Assembly (NCBI GenBank): GCA_036490255.1 | Contig: DASXEF010000652.1 | Location: forward strand, 1-40,989 | Reading direction: 5' to 3' | Source of the DNA: Kofleriaceae bacterium | GTDB taxonomy: Bacteria > Myxococcota_A > Polyangia > Haliangiales > Haliangiaceae | DNA length: 40,989 nt | The notes under the pieces: model-generated | What the model was told of the DNA's origin: nothing | The model's input: the letters and a program-made list of their open reading frames with translations, nothing else | Database searches by the model: none | Position numbers and translations under genes: made by a program | In this document: in pieces, positions 1 to 9,083 of the stretch | Layout of the letters: the number at the start of each line of letters is the position of its first letter | Numbering within the stretch: position 1 is the first letter of the stretch

Positions 1-1354
1 TGCCGAAGATCGGCCGCTCCGGGCCCCACGCGCGATCGAACAGGCCGAGCGTCCAGCAGATCCCGGAATTCGAGCTCGGATCGCGACCGTCGACCGAGTA
101 CTTGTTGTTGAGCTCGACGAGCATCTCGAACGCGGCGCGCGGCGACGCCGACCATTCGAGGATCTTCTTGCCCCACAGCATCCGCAGGTAGTTGTGGATG
201 CGGCCGTCGCCGACGAGCTGGCGCTGCGCCGCGTTCCAGATCGGATCCGCGGTCTCGGCGTGCTCGAGCTCGGCGCGCGTGTAGCGCTCGCTGCGCGGAT
301 CCTTCGCGTGCTTGTCGAGCGTCGCGCGTGCCCATGCCGGCAACGAGTCGTACGTGCCCCAGTCGGCGCGGTGATGGCAAAACACGTAGCCGAGCTCGCG
401 CCAGGTCACGAGCTCGTCGAGGAACGCCTCGCTGCTCGCCGGCAACCCCCACCACCCTTCACGGCTGCCGGTGACCTTCGCGCCGGCGAGCCGCGACGGA
501 TCCCAGTCCGCGTCGGCCCACACGCGCGCGACGACCTCGTGCGCCGAGACGTGGCCGAAATGCAAATACGGCGACAGCCCGCTCGCGCCGTCGCGATCGG
601 GATCGTTGTGATCCTCGGCGTAGCGAGAAAGCTTGTGTGCGATGAAATCGTGCACGAGCTTGTTCGCGGCCGCTGATCCGCCGCGATAGCCGACCGGCGC
701 GACCGCGTGATCGATCGGCAGCTTCGCGAGCACCGACGGATCGATCGCCGCCGATCGCCAGCGCGCGAGGCTCGGCAGCTTCGCGCGCGGCAACTTCGCG
801 TGCGGCAGCTTCGCGGCCGGAAATCGGATCAGATGCGGTGCGAGCTGCTTCTGGAGCTCGCGCCGGAACGACGCAGCGGTCGAGAACCAGCGATCGACGC
901 CGCGCAGCGGCATGAGCCCGTTGCCGTCGACTTGCTCGAGCTTGACGTCGAGGTGCTCACCCGCCGCGGCGACCATGCGCGGCAAGAAGAACCCCGGTTG
1001 CTCGTCGGTGACGACCACGCACGCGTGCTTCGCCAGCGCCGCGAGCAGGCCCTTGCCGGCACCCGGCGACGGCTCGACGTACGGCACGTACGCGATGTTC
1101 GCGCGCTCGAACGCGGCCGCGTTGTCGCGCATGCCTTCGATCACGAACGCGTGATGGCGATCGCTCGCCCACTTGTAGCCGGCGCGCAGCGGCTCGAGCA
1201 CGGCGAGCGGTTTGCCGAGCTCGGCGGCGAGCTGGCGCGCGCGATCGAGCGCGAAGTTGTAGGTCGTGCGGCGCGCCGCGATCATCCAGTACAGGACGTA
1301 GTCGCCGGTCGTGCACATCGCGCGATCGTTGACATCGGTCACGCGCGAGTCCAT
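1..1354 (-). CDS. Deoxyribodipyrimidine (CPD) photolyase, class II; C-terminus truncated by the left window edge
   Basis: Not in the ORF track because no stop lies in the window. My minus-strand translation from ATG 1354-1352 gives MDSRVTDVNDRAMCTTGDYVLYWMIAARRTTYNFALDRA ... GRIHNYLRMLWGKKILEWS ... NNKYSVDGRDPSSNSGICWTLGLFDRAWGPERPIFG. These are characteristic class II photolyase motifs. The start frame agrees with the frame at position 1. Confidence 0.85.
   Translation of the reverse strand, partial: MDSRVTDVNDRAMCTTGDYVLYWMIAARRTTYNFALDRARQLAAELGKPLAVLEPLRAGYKWASDRHHAFVIEGMRDNAAAFERANIAYVPYVEPSPGAGKGLLAALAKHACVVVTDEQPGFFLPRMVAAAGEHLDVKLEQVDGNGLMPLRGVDRWFSTAASFRRELQKQLAPHLIRFPAAKLPHAKLPRAKLPSLARWRSAAIDPSVLAKLPIDHAVAPVGYRGGSAAANKLVHDFIAHKLSRYAEDHNDPDRDGASGLSPYLHFGHVSAHEVVARVWADADWDPSRLAGAKVTGSREGWWGLPASSEAFLDELVTWRELGYVFCHHRADWGTYDSLPAWARATLDKHAKDPRSERYTRAELEHAETADPIWNAAQRQLVGDGRIHNYLRMLWGKKILEWSASPRAAFEMLVELNNKYSVDGRDPSSNSGICWTLGLFDRAWGPERPIFG
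773..817. repeat. Three tandem 15-bp repeats (cggcaRcttcgcgNN) inside the photolyase CDS
   Basis: The units are 773-787, 788-802 and 803-817. On the minus strand they encode AAKLP-HAKLP-RAKLP. Confidence 0.9.
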
Positions 1355-1384
1355 CGCGCACAACCTACCTGATACGGTCGGCGC

Positions 1385-2128
1385 ATGTTGCAGGGCAAGG
1401 TCATCCTCATCACGGGCGCGAGCCGCGGCATCGGCGAAGCGATCGCGCACGCAGCCGTGAGCGCAGGCGCGCACGTCGTGCTCGCGTCGCGCAAACAAGC
1501 CGATCTCGATCGCGTCGCCGCCGCGCTCGGCGATCACGCGGCCGCGTTCGCGTGCCACACCGGCAAGGCCGACGAGGTCGATGCGTTGTTCGCCAAGGCG
1601 ATCGACAAGTTCGGCCGCGTCGACGGCGCGGTCAACAACGCGGCGACGAACCCGTACTTCGGCCCGCTGATCGATACGCCCGACGCCGCGATCGACAAGA
1701 CGTTCGAGGTCAACGTACGCGGCTATCTCTACGTCGCACGCGCACTCGTCAAGCACGCGCGCGCGCGCGGTGGCGGCGCGTCACTCGTCAATGTGGCGAG
1801 CGTGGCCGGCCTGCGCGCGGCGCCGATGCAGGGCATCTACGGCGCGACAAAGGCCGCCGTGATCAGCATGACCCAGACGCTCGCGTTCGAGCTCGGCGGC
1901 TCGCAGATCCGCGTCAACGCGATCGCGCCCGGGCTCGTCGAGACGAAGTTCGCGTCCGCGATCGTCGGCAACCCGATGCTGCGCGACCATGTCGTGAACA
2001 GAACGCCATTGGCGCGCCACGCGCAGCCGAGCGAGATCGCTGGGGCGGCGACGTACTTGCTCAGCGATGCCGCATCGTTCACGACGGGGTCGACGATGGT
2101 CGTCGACGGCGGTTGGACATCGGCTTAA
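1385..2128 (+). CDS. Short-chain dehydrogenase/reductase (classical SDR)
   Basis: 247-aa ORF with TGASRGIG cofactor motif, NNAA motif and YGATK (YxxxK) catalytic motif. It is divergent from the photolyase with a 30-nt gap. Confidence 0.9.
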   Translation: MLQGKVILITGASRGIGEAIAHAAVSAGAHVVLASRKQADLDRVAAALGDHAAAFACHTGKADEVDALFAKAIDKFGRVDGAVNNAATNPYFGPLIDTPDAAIDKTFEVNVRGYLYVARALVKHARARGGGASLVNVASVAGLRAAPMQGIYGATKAAVISMTQTLAFELGGSQIRVNAIAPGLVETKFASAIVGNPMLRDHVVNRTPLARHAQPSEIAGAATYLLSDAASFTTGSTMVVDGGWTSA

Positions 2129-2136
2129 GCTCGCTG

Positions 2137-2844
2137 TTGGTGCGCTTCGCTGCGGTTGGCTTGGCGTTAGTCGCGTGCGGCCGCCTCGGATTCGATCCGA
2201 GCGTCGACGGCCGCGCCGGGACTGCCGCGGTGATCGACGCCGCGGTGCACGTCGCGCCGGCGTTCGTGCAGGCGACCGCGCTCGGCAATGCAGGCTCCGC
2301 CGTTTCGGTGACCTACGTCGATCCGGTGACCGCAGGCGATCTCCTCGTCGTCGCGGTCGGCACCAACACCAGCACGATCACCGCGATCACCGACACGAGC
2401 GGCAACGCGTTCGACACGCTGCCCGATCTGGTCACGCCGGCGACGTCGCCGATCTACGTCGCGTACGCGATCGCCCAGGCATCCGGTTCGGACACGATCA
2501 CCGCGACGGTCGACGGCTCCGACGACACCGTCATGCGAATTCACGAATACGCGAACGTCGCGCTGGAGCCGCTCGATACGTCGGCGGCGAGCTCCGGAAG
2601 CGATACCGGCATCGACTCGATCAGCGTTCAGCTCACGACTACATACGATCACGAGCTCGTGTTCGCGTACGCGATCTCGCAGAGCGACACGGCGAGTGCC
2701 GGCACCGGCTTCACCGCGCGATCGATCATCAGCGGCGACGTCAGCGAAGACGCGATCGAAGTCGAGCCCGGCGTGCACGCGATCACGGCGACCGACGCGA
2801 GCTCGCCGTGGGCGATCATCGCGCTCGCGTTCCAAGGGCCGTGA
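2137..2844 (+). CDS. Hypothetical secreted lipoprotein
   Basis: Only the 3' part of track ORF 1552..2844 does not overlap the SDR. In-frame TTG 2137 or GTG 2140 gives LVRFAAVGLALVAC (signal peptide plus lipobox L-V-A-C). The rest is Thr/Ser/Asp-rich and beta-type, and I recognise no family. Confidence 0.55.
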   Translation: MVRFAAVGLALVACGRLGFDPSVDGRAGTAAVIDAAVHVAPAFVQATALGNAGSAVSVTYVDPVTAGDLLVVAVGTNTSTITAITDTSGNAFDTLPDLVTPATSPIYVAYAIAQASGSDTITATVDGSDDTVMRIHEYANVALEPLDTSAASSGSDTGIDSISVQLTTTYDHELVFAYAISQSDTASAGTGFTARSIISGDVSEDAIEVEPGVHAITATDASSPWAIIALAFQGP

Positions 2845-5800
2845 TCAGCGCTTCGCGAGGCCGGCGCGGATCGCGCGGATCAGCGACGGATCGGCATCGA
2901 GCGCGGCCGCCCACGCGGTGCTGACCTCGAGATAACCGGCATCGTCGAGATCGAATTGCGCGAGCGCTTCACGTGGCGACAGCGCCGCGAGATCGCGCAA
3001 CAACGCGACGTAGTCGCTGACGCGCGAGACCTTGCCCTCCGGCAACACGACGCGATCTTCGAACCGCGTCTCGACCGGCGCGTCGGTCGCGACGCGCTCG
3101 CCGAGCTGTGCGACGGGGTCGCGCGCGAAGTACGCCTGCTCGCGGATCTGCAGCGCGAGGCAACGCGCGAGCAGCGCTTCGCGGTCCATCGTGCCGGTCG
3201 TTTCGGCGAGCACCGCGATCGCCGCCGCACGCGCGCGTGCCGTGACCGCGAGGTGGCTCTCGTTCGGCTCGCGAAACCGCGAGGCTCGCAGCGCGACGCG
3301 GCGAATGCGCCAGCTCGGATCGTGCGCGCGCGACGCGGCAGCTTCGTGATCGCCGGCTTCGAGCTGCGCGTAGATCAGATCGCGCCCGGCGGGCTCGGCC
3401 TCGCCGGCTTCGACCGACGGATCGAGCTCGTGCGCTTTCACGCGCGCTCGTGCCGCGCGTGCGTGATCGCCGGCGTCGTCGGCGGTGCGCGCGTAGACGA
3501 GCCAATCGTCGGCGCGCATGTACCACCGGCTCGCATAGCCTTGTACGGCGAGCGCGTCGGCGAGCTTGCCGCGCTGGACGAGCATGCTCGCGAGCAGCCC
3601 CGATGCGAGCTCGCCGGTGCCGCGCGTCAATCGCTCGAACGCGTCGGCGAGCTTACCCTGCTGCGCGAGCGCGAAGCCGAGCACGCGTTGCGCGTCGGTG
3701 CTCGCCGGATCGACCGCCGCGGCCCAGCGCGCGAGCTTTTCGGCGCGCGCCGGCTCGCCGCCGCCGAGCGCAGCGGTCGCCGCGGTGAGCGCCTTGTCGA
3801 AGTCGAACGGCACCTCGACGGCGGAGCGCGTCCACGGCTCGCGCAGCGGCGCGGCGCGAACCGGCCCGGTCGCGCGCAACACGAGGGCGAGCGCCGCCGG
3901 TGCGCGGCCCGCATCGAACAGTGCGCGCGCCGCGTGAACGGTCGGCGTCGACGTGACGCCGTCGCCGAGATAGCTCGCGGTATGCAGCGCATCGATCGCG
4001 TCGTCGGTCTCGAGCTCGCGCGCGGCGAGCTGCGCCGCGATCGCGTCGGCCCACTCGTCCAACGCGGCGGTGCCGGTGTGCAGCGCGAGCCGCGATGCCT
4101 GCGCGGCAACTTTCGCCGCCCAACCGTCGGGGCGTTCGCGATGCAAGCGCGCGATCGACCACGCGAGCACCGCGATCTCTTCAGGCCCGAGGATGCGCGT
4201 CGACACCGTCGGAAACTCTTTGAAGAACCCGACGACGTCACCGGCGGAGCGCTCGTCGATGCCGACGCAGCGCTCGGCGGTCGCGAGCCACGTCGAGCCG
4301 ATCCAGCGATCGATGCGGCGCAGCAGCGGATCGAGCGAGCCGAGCAGTGCGCGTGCTTCGCGGTCGCCGAGCGCGTCGCGCTGCACGCGGACGAGCGCGA
4401 GCGCCTCGGCCGCGACCGTCCGCAGCGCGCCGGCGAGCGTCGTCGGCGCCGTCGTGGTCGCCGCGAGATAGCGCGTCAGCGCTTGCGCAGCCGTATACGC
4501 GGCGGCTTGTGCGAGCGGTACGCGCTCGCCGGTCGGCGCGGCGCTCACCACGACGTCGAGCCAGCGCTCGACCAGCCGATCGCCGCGCGCGAGCTCGTCG
4601 GCGATCTCGAAGCCCGACGGCGCGCCTTTGCGCAGCTTGCCGAGCTCGTCGAACAGCTCGTCGATCTGGCGGCGACCGCGCGTTTCCGACGGAAAATGCG
4701 CGAGCCAGCTCGGGTCGAACTCGATCGGCGCGACCTTGCCGAGCGCTCGCGCGACGAGCCCGCTCTTCGCCGCGGCCGGGACGAAATCGGCGATCACCCG
4801 CGCCATCCTGCGCGCGAGCGTCGGCGCGCCGATCGCGATCCGCTCGCCGAGCGCGGTCTCGATCACCTCGATCGGCGTGCCCGACATCACGAGCGCGCAA
4901 CGCGCGAGCGCGACCTGATCGTCGCGGCCGGGATCGGTGAGCTCGATCGCCCACAGCTCCTCGAGCGCGCGGCGATGATCGCCGGCCGCCGTCAACGCGC
5001 GACACGCGGCGAGCCGCGCGACCGAGGCGCGGCCGAGGTTTTGCCCGAGCCCGAGCTGCGCCCACGCGAACGCGACGTCGTCTTCGCGCCCCATCGCGAC
5101 GAGCGCGTCGAGGAATGTCGCGAGATCGGCCGGCGTCTCGGGCCGTGCGCGATCGAAGCCCGTGAGCACGCGCGCTTCGTCGCCGCGGTGCGCGGCTTCG
5201 CGCGCGAACGACCACGCCGCGAGCTTCGGATCGGTTCGCCAGCGCTCGAGCTGTTTGGTGTGATTCGGCCATTCGCTCGCGCGCCCGTCGAGCCGGCTCG
5301 CGCGCAACGCGGTGGCTTCCGCCAAGCGGCCGACGCCGAGCAACGCGTTGGCGGCGCGTAGATCGATGTGAATCTGATCGGGGTACCACGGCAGGCTCGG
5401 ATCGGTCGGGCAGCCGTGATCGCGGCGCGCTCGCATCGCGCGCTCGAGCCACGCACCTGGCCGATCGGCGCGCTCGTCGAACGCGAGTAGCGCGAGCTCC
5501 GCACGTGGATCGTCGGGATGCGTGCGCACCGCGCGCTCCATCAAGCGAATCGCCTCGTCGATCCGACCGGCATCGGCGAGCCGCTCGGCGCTCTTCTCGA
5601 GCGCTTCGAGCGAGCCCGGCCGGCACACGGCTGCCATGCCCGCGGCCGCACGCGATTCGAGCTCGCTCGTGCCTTCGGTCGGCTCGAGCTCTTCATACGG
5701 CCGCGCCCAGCCCGGTGCACTCGCGATGATCTCGCGCAGCGCGGTCATGTCGCGCGAGCGCTCGAACTTCGCGAAGCGCGCCTGCGGATGCTCGGGGTCG

Positions 5801-6582
5801 GCGGCGAGGATCTCGTCGGTGAGCTCTTCGCGCAGCGCGAGCTCGAGCAAGCGCAGTGCGGGCACGCGAAACGCCTGCGGCAGCCGATTGAGCAGCGGCC
5901 GCGCGAGCGTGCGCCGGCGTTCGTCGCTCGGTGTGACCGCGGCGGCTTCGATCGCCGACGCGGACATCGCGAACGTCTCGCCCGCTTCGTCGTCGGGATC
6001 GTCGGCGACGACTTGCAGCGTCCACGCCGGCTGCGCTGCGCTCGGTAGCGTCCACTCGCGCGCTTGCTCGACGAGCGTCGGCCCGATCACGCGCACGACC
6101 GCGAGGATCTCTTCGGCGGTGACGACCTCGGGCTTGCGCATCGCACCGCTCGGCGCGACGAGCGCGCGCGCCTGCGTCCACGCGCCGAACGCTTGATGGA
6201 TCTGCTCGCCGATCGAGCGGCCGAGCGCTTCGAACGTGTCCTGTTTGCCGTCGCGGCCGATCGCGTGCAGCCGCACGATGCCGCCTTTTGCGGCGAGCGA
6301 GAGCTCGAGCCAGATCAGCTCGTCGCGGCGCGTCGACGCGTAGAACGCATCGAGCGGATGTGCGCCGCGCCCGGCCGGATGCGGCGCGAAGTGGCCGTCG
6401 CGTGCGCGCAGCGGCGTCGCGTCGGCGTCGAGCACGGCCAGTCGCGGATGGCGCTGACACAGCTCGATGCACGCGACCCAGATCAACGCCGCGGCTTCGC
6501 GTTCGTACGCGGTGTCGGGCCCATCGAGCTTGACGTCGGGCGCGAGCACGGCGATGCGATGCGGCTTCGGAATGATCGGCAT
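2845..6582 (-). CDS. Large (1245 aa) all-helical repeat protein with TPR-like segments; function unknown
   Basis: This is the real part of track ORF 2845..7515. ATG 6582 (MPIIPKPHRIAVLAPDV...) overlaps the upstream gene's TAA by 1 nt (TAATG). One TPR-like stretch is AERLADAGRIDEAIRLMERAVRTHPDDPRAELA. I saw no Walker or other catalytic motif. Confidence 0.7.
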   Translation of the reverse strand: MPIIPKPHRIAVLAPDVKLDGPDTAYEREAAALIWVACIELCQRHPRLAVLDADATPLRARDGHFAPHPAGRGAHPLDAFYASTRRDELIWLELSLAAKGGIVRLHAIGRDGKQDTFEALGRSIGEQIHQAFGAWTQARALVAPSGAMRKPEVVTAEEILAVVRVIGPTLVEQAREWTLPSAAQPAWTLQVVADDPDDEAGETFAMSASAIEAAAVTPSDERRRTLARPLLNRLPQAFRVPALRLLELALREELTDEILAADPEHPQARFAKFERSRDMTALREIIASAPGWARPYEELEPTEGTSELESRAAAGMAAVCRPGSLEALEKSAERLADAGRIDEAIRLMERAVRTHPDDPRAELALLAFDERADRPGAWLERAMRARRDHGCPTDPSLPWYPDQIHIDLRAANALLGVGRLAEATALRASRLDGRASEWPNHTKQLERWRTDPKLAAWSFAREAAHRGDEARVLTGFDRARPETPADLATFLDALVAMGREDDVAFAWAQLGLGQNLGRASVARLAACRALTAAGDHRRALEELWAIELTDPGRDDQVALARCALVMSGTPIEVIETALGERIAIGAPTLARRMARVIADFVPAAAKSGLVARALGKVAPIEFDPSWLAHFPSETRGRRQIDELFDELGKLRKGAPSGFEIADELARGDRLVERWLDVVVSAAPTGERVPLAQAAAYTAAQALTRYLAATTTAPTTLAGALRTVAAEALALVRVQRDALGDREARALLGSLDPLLRRIDRWIGSTWLATAERCVGIDERSAGDVVGFFKEFPTVSTRILGPEEIAVLAWSIARLHRERPDGWAAKVAAQASRLALHTGTAALDEWADAIAAQLAARELETDDAIDALHTASYLGDGVTSTPTVHAARALFDAGRAPAALALVLRATGPVRAAPLREPWTRSAVEVPFDFDKALTAATAALGGGEPARAEKLARWAAAVDPASTDAQRVLGFALAQQGKLADAFERLTRGTGELASGLLASMLVQRGKLADALAVQGYASRWYMRADDWLVYARTADDAGDHARAARARVKAHELDPSVEAGEAEPAGRDLIYAQLEAGDHEAAASRAHDPSWRIRRVALRASRFREPNESHLAVTARARAAAIAVLAETTGTMDREALLARCLALQIREQAYFARDPVAQLGERVATDAPVETRFEDRVVLPEGKVSRVSDYVALLRDLAALSPREALAQFDLDDAGYLEVSTAWAAALDADPSLIRAIRAGLAKR

Positions 6583-8354
6583 TACAGCGCCGCCTCGTCG
6601 AGCAGCCGTGCACCGTGACGCTCGAGCTCCGCGATCAACGCCGCCGATGCGCTCTTCGCGCGGATGTAAAAGTCGGTGCCGGGATACGGCCCGCCGACGA
6701 GCCGTGCGCCGGCTTTCGCGATCCGCTCGGCGAGCGCGCGCTTCGCCATGTATTCGAGCTCGCCCGCGACGTACACGGTCGCGCCCGCGAGCGATCGATC
6801 GACGCGACGCGCGAGCGTGGCGAGCGCTTCGAACGACGTCGCGTCGGGCTCGGCATCGAACGGCGCCGGCTTGCCGTTTGCGGCGATCACGTCGAGCCCG
6901 CCGGCGAGCGCGACGAGCGCCGGACGCGAATCCGCCGCATTCGCGACGAGCCACTGCTCGTTCGGACCTGGAAACGTCGGCGCGGCATCGTCGGCGACGA
7001 GCGCGGCCGCCGGTGGATCGTCGGCGAGCACGCGGCGCGCGAGATCGGCGCGGCCGGCGCGATAGCTCGCGAGTGCGCGCGCGTACACCAGCTCGGGCGT
7101 GTGCAGCGGCGCGGCGCTGGCGAGCTCGAGCGCGGCGAACGGCCGGCCCCACAGCGCGAGCTGCATCGCGCCGAAATCGTCTTTGCCGAGCGAGCGCGCG
7201 GTGCTGCACAGCTGCGCGACGCGACCGCGCCGAGCGAGCTCGGTGATGACCAGCTCGCCGACGAGCCGTTGCGATTCCGGATGGGCGGCGACCAGCTCGC
7301 GTGCGCGCGCCGGATCGTTCGAGCCGCGGACGAGATGCGCCCACAGCACGTAGTAGAACGGCTCCGCATAGCGCGCGAACTTCGCGGGCGCGGCGAGCTC
7401 GTCGGCAGCCGTGCCGCACAGTCGCTCGCGATCGGCGGGTGCGATCACCGCCGTCGATCGCGCGACGCGCAGCGCGCTGACCGTCGGCACGCTGCCCTTG
7501 CGCTGCAGCTGCCACTTCGCACGCGCGCGCACGCGATCGGCGCCGGGTTGATTGCGGATCGCATCTTCGAGCGCCGCGATCGCGCGTTCACCGACGAGCG
7601 CGATCACGAGCAAGAACATCTCGAGCTTCTCGGCCTCGGGCGCGCGCGTCGCGCGGGCGAGCAGCATCGGCACCGCTTCTTCGCCGAGCGTCGCCGCGAC
7701 GAGCCGCAGCGTGCGCACGCGATGCGCCGCCGGCACGTCTTCGAAGCACACGAGCAACACGCGCGCGAACGCCGGCGACGCGAAGCATTCGTAGGCGGCG
7801 CCCCACGAGCCCGGCGCGCGCGCGAACGTCGCGAACGCGCCTTCCCATTGCACGTGACGCATCGCGATCGCGAGCGCTTCACTCGCGACCGTCGCCGGCG
7901 CGGTCGCGTCGGCGAGCTTGACGAGCGCTTCGTCGGCGAGCTGCACGGCTTCGGGAGCCCACCGCGTCGCCGGATGCTTCGCGCGGATCTCGCGATCGCC
8001 GAGCGACGTGATCGCCTGCTCGCGCACCGGCGCCGGCGTGTGCGGATCGGTCGCGATCGCCGCGAGTTTCTTGATCACCTCGACGGTCGGAAACAGCGCG
8101 AGCCACTCGCAGCCGCGCCGGCGCAGTGCCACGGCGTGACGCGGTTCGACCATCCACAGCCCGAGCTCCGCGAGCCCCGGCTCCGCGCCCAGCCACGGCT
8201 CGCCGTCGGCCATCAGCCGCTGGAGTCGCTCGAGCAACGCAGCGTCGAGCGCCGTGCCCTTGGCCGGCAGCGCCGCGATCGCCGCGCGCACGCGATACGC
8301 CAGATGCGGCGGAATCGCGTCCAATGCCCCGAGTGTCGTGGGCAGAACGGCCAC
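6582..8354 (-). CDS. HEAT/ARM-like helical protein (~590 aa) with a C-terminal BRCT domain
   Basis: This is the real part of track ORF 6582..8987. The tail GATVYVAGELEYMAKRALAERIAKAGARLVGGPYPGTDFYIRAKSASAALIAELERHGARLLDEAAL follows the LigA-type BRCT pattern (G-T-hV-G-L-M-R-A-I-G-V-TD-hh-G-LDE). The GTG 8354 start is a proposal: it is in frame and sits 9 nt past an AT-rich box. Confidence 0.6.
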   Translation of the reverse strand: MAVLPTTLGALDAIPPHLAYRVRAAIAALPAKGTALDAALLERLQRLMADGEPWLGAEPGLAELGLWMVEPRHAVALRRRGCEWLALFPTVEVIKKLAAIATDPHTPAPVREQAITSLGDREIRAKHPATRWAPEAVQLADEALVKLADATAPATVASEALAIAMRHVQWEGAFATFARAPGSWGAAYECFASPAFARVLLVCFEDVPAAHRVRTLRLVAATLGEEAVPMLLARATRAPEAEKLEMFLLVIALVGERAIAALEDAIRNQPGADRVRARAKWQLQRKGSVPTVSALRVARSTAVIAPADRERLCGTAADELAAPAKFARYAEPFYYVLWAHLVRGSNDPARARELVAAHPESQRLVGELVITELARRGRVAQLCSTARSLGKDDFGAMQLALWGRPFAALELASAAPLHTPELVYARALASYRAGRADLARRVLADDPPAAALVADDAAPTFPGPNEQWLVANAADSRPALVALAGGLDVIAANGKPAPFDAEPDATSFEALATLARRVDRSLAGATVYVAGELEYMAKRALAERIAKAGARLVGGPYPGTDFYIRAKSASAALIAELERHGARLLDEAAL

Positions 8355-8360
8355 GACGCG

Positions 8361-8370
8361 AGCATAATAC
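8361..8370. promoter_or_regulatory. AT-rich bidirectional -10-like box (AGCATAATAC) in a 21-nt divergent gap
   Basis: Plus-strand CATAAT (8363-8368) ends 7 nt before ATG 8376. Minus-strand TATTAT (8369-8364) ends 9 nt before GTG 8354. It is the only AT-rich patch in the local GC-rich sequence. Confidence 0.35.
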
Positions 8371-8375
8371 AGCTC

Positions 8376-9083
8376 ATGTTCGCGCGCGCCGTCGTCGTCG
8401 CCTGCTCCGTCGCTTGTGTCAGCTCCGTTGCGCTCGCCGGCTCGGTCAAAGGCACCGTGCTGTTCGAGGGCGAGCCGCCGACCCAACCCGTGCTCAAGCG
8501 CGACAGCGACCTCAAGTGCTCGCAGAACCGCGCCGACGAGCAGATCGTCGTCGCCAAGGGCAAGCTGCGCGACGTCGTCGTGCGCGTCAAGAACGGCACG
8601 GCCAAGCAGCCGGCGGCGGCACCGACCACGCAGGTCGTGATCGATCAAGAAGATTGCATGTATTCGCCGCGTGTCGTCGCGATCGTCGCCGGCCAGCCGG
8701 TGGTCGTGCACAACAGCGACAACACGTTCCACAACGTGCACGGCTCGCTCTTCGGCGCCGCCAAGGATCTGTTCAACACGCCGCAAGGTCCGGGCGCCGA
8801 GAACGTCGCGGTCGACGCGAGCGCGGCCAAGCCCGGCGACGTGGTGCAGCTGCAATGCGACGTCCACCCGTGGATGCGGTCCTACATCGCGGTCAACGAC
8901 ACGCCCTACTTCGCGGTGACCGGCGCCGACGGCACGTTCGACATCGAGGGGCTCCCCGAGGGGACGTACACGCTCGAAGCCTGGCATCCGACGCTCGGCG
9001 TGCGCACGCTCAAGATCGTCATCGGCAAGGCGAAGCGCGGCGACGTCACCGCGCGGTTCTCGTACAAAGCCTCCGAGATGTGA
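8376..9083 (+). CDS. Secreted type-1 copper (cupredoxin, amicyanin-like) protein with a C-terminal Ig-like/CarboxypepD_reg-like domain
   Basis: This is the 3' part of track ORF 6615..9083. It starts with signal peptide MFARAVVVACSVACVSSVALAGS. Putative copper ligands are HNSDNTFHNVH and QCDVHPWM (C-x2-H-x2-M, as in amicyanin CTPHPFM). The tail is TGADGTFDIEGLPEGTYTLEAWHP. Confidence 0.7.
   Translation: MFARAVVVACSVACVSSVALAGSVKGTVLFEGEPPTQPVLKRDSDLKCSQNRADEQIVVAKGKLRDVVVRVKNGTAKQPAAAPTTQVVIDQEDCMYSPRVVAIVAGQPVVVHNSDNTFHNVHGSLFGAAKDLFNTPQGPGAENVAVDASAAKPGDVVQLQCDVHPWMRSYIAVNDTPYFAVTGADGTFDIEGLPEGTYTLEAWHPTLGVRTLKIVIGKAKRGDVTARFSYKASEM

Noticed and set aside
194-1372. Plus-strand track ORFs 194..676 and 707..1372 (160 and 221 aa), and minus-strand ORF 957..1361
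   Set aside because: They are Arg/Ala-rich GC-shadow frames. The minus-strand frame starting at ATG 1354 encodes an unmistakable class II photolyase across the whole region.
1552-2136. 5' part of the 430-aa track ORF 1552..2844
   Set aside because: It overlaps the well-supported SDR gene in another frame and has Arg-rich nonsense composition. Only the part after the SDR stop, which starts with a signal peptide and lipobox, looks real.
2956-5361. 801-aa plus-strand ORF (and nested ORFs 4238..5626, 3627..4241 and others) antisense to the 1245-aa gene
   Set aside because: It shows the typical high-GC antisense open frame: extreme Arg/Ala/Gly/Asp content, no motifs and no sensible start context. 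The opposite strand has protein-like composition and a coupled start.
6583-7515. N-terminal 311 residues of track ORF 2845..7515
   Set aside because: This is a run-on into the upstream gene in a different frame. The composition is Arg-rich nonsense until MPIIPKPHRIAV at 6582, which overlaps the upstream stop (TAATG).
8355-8987. N-terminal ~211 residues of track ORF 6582..8987, and the 5' 1.7 kb of track ORF 6615..9083
   Set aside because: Each is the antisense shadow of the other strand's real gene (cupredoxin and BRCT protein respectively). Plausible sequence begins at GTG 8354 and ATG 8376, flanking an AT-rich box.
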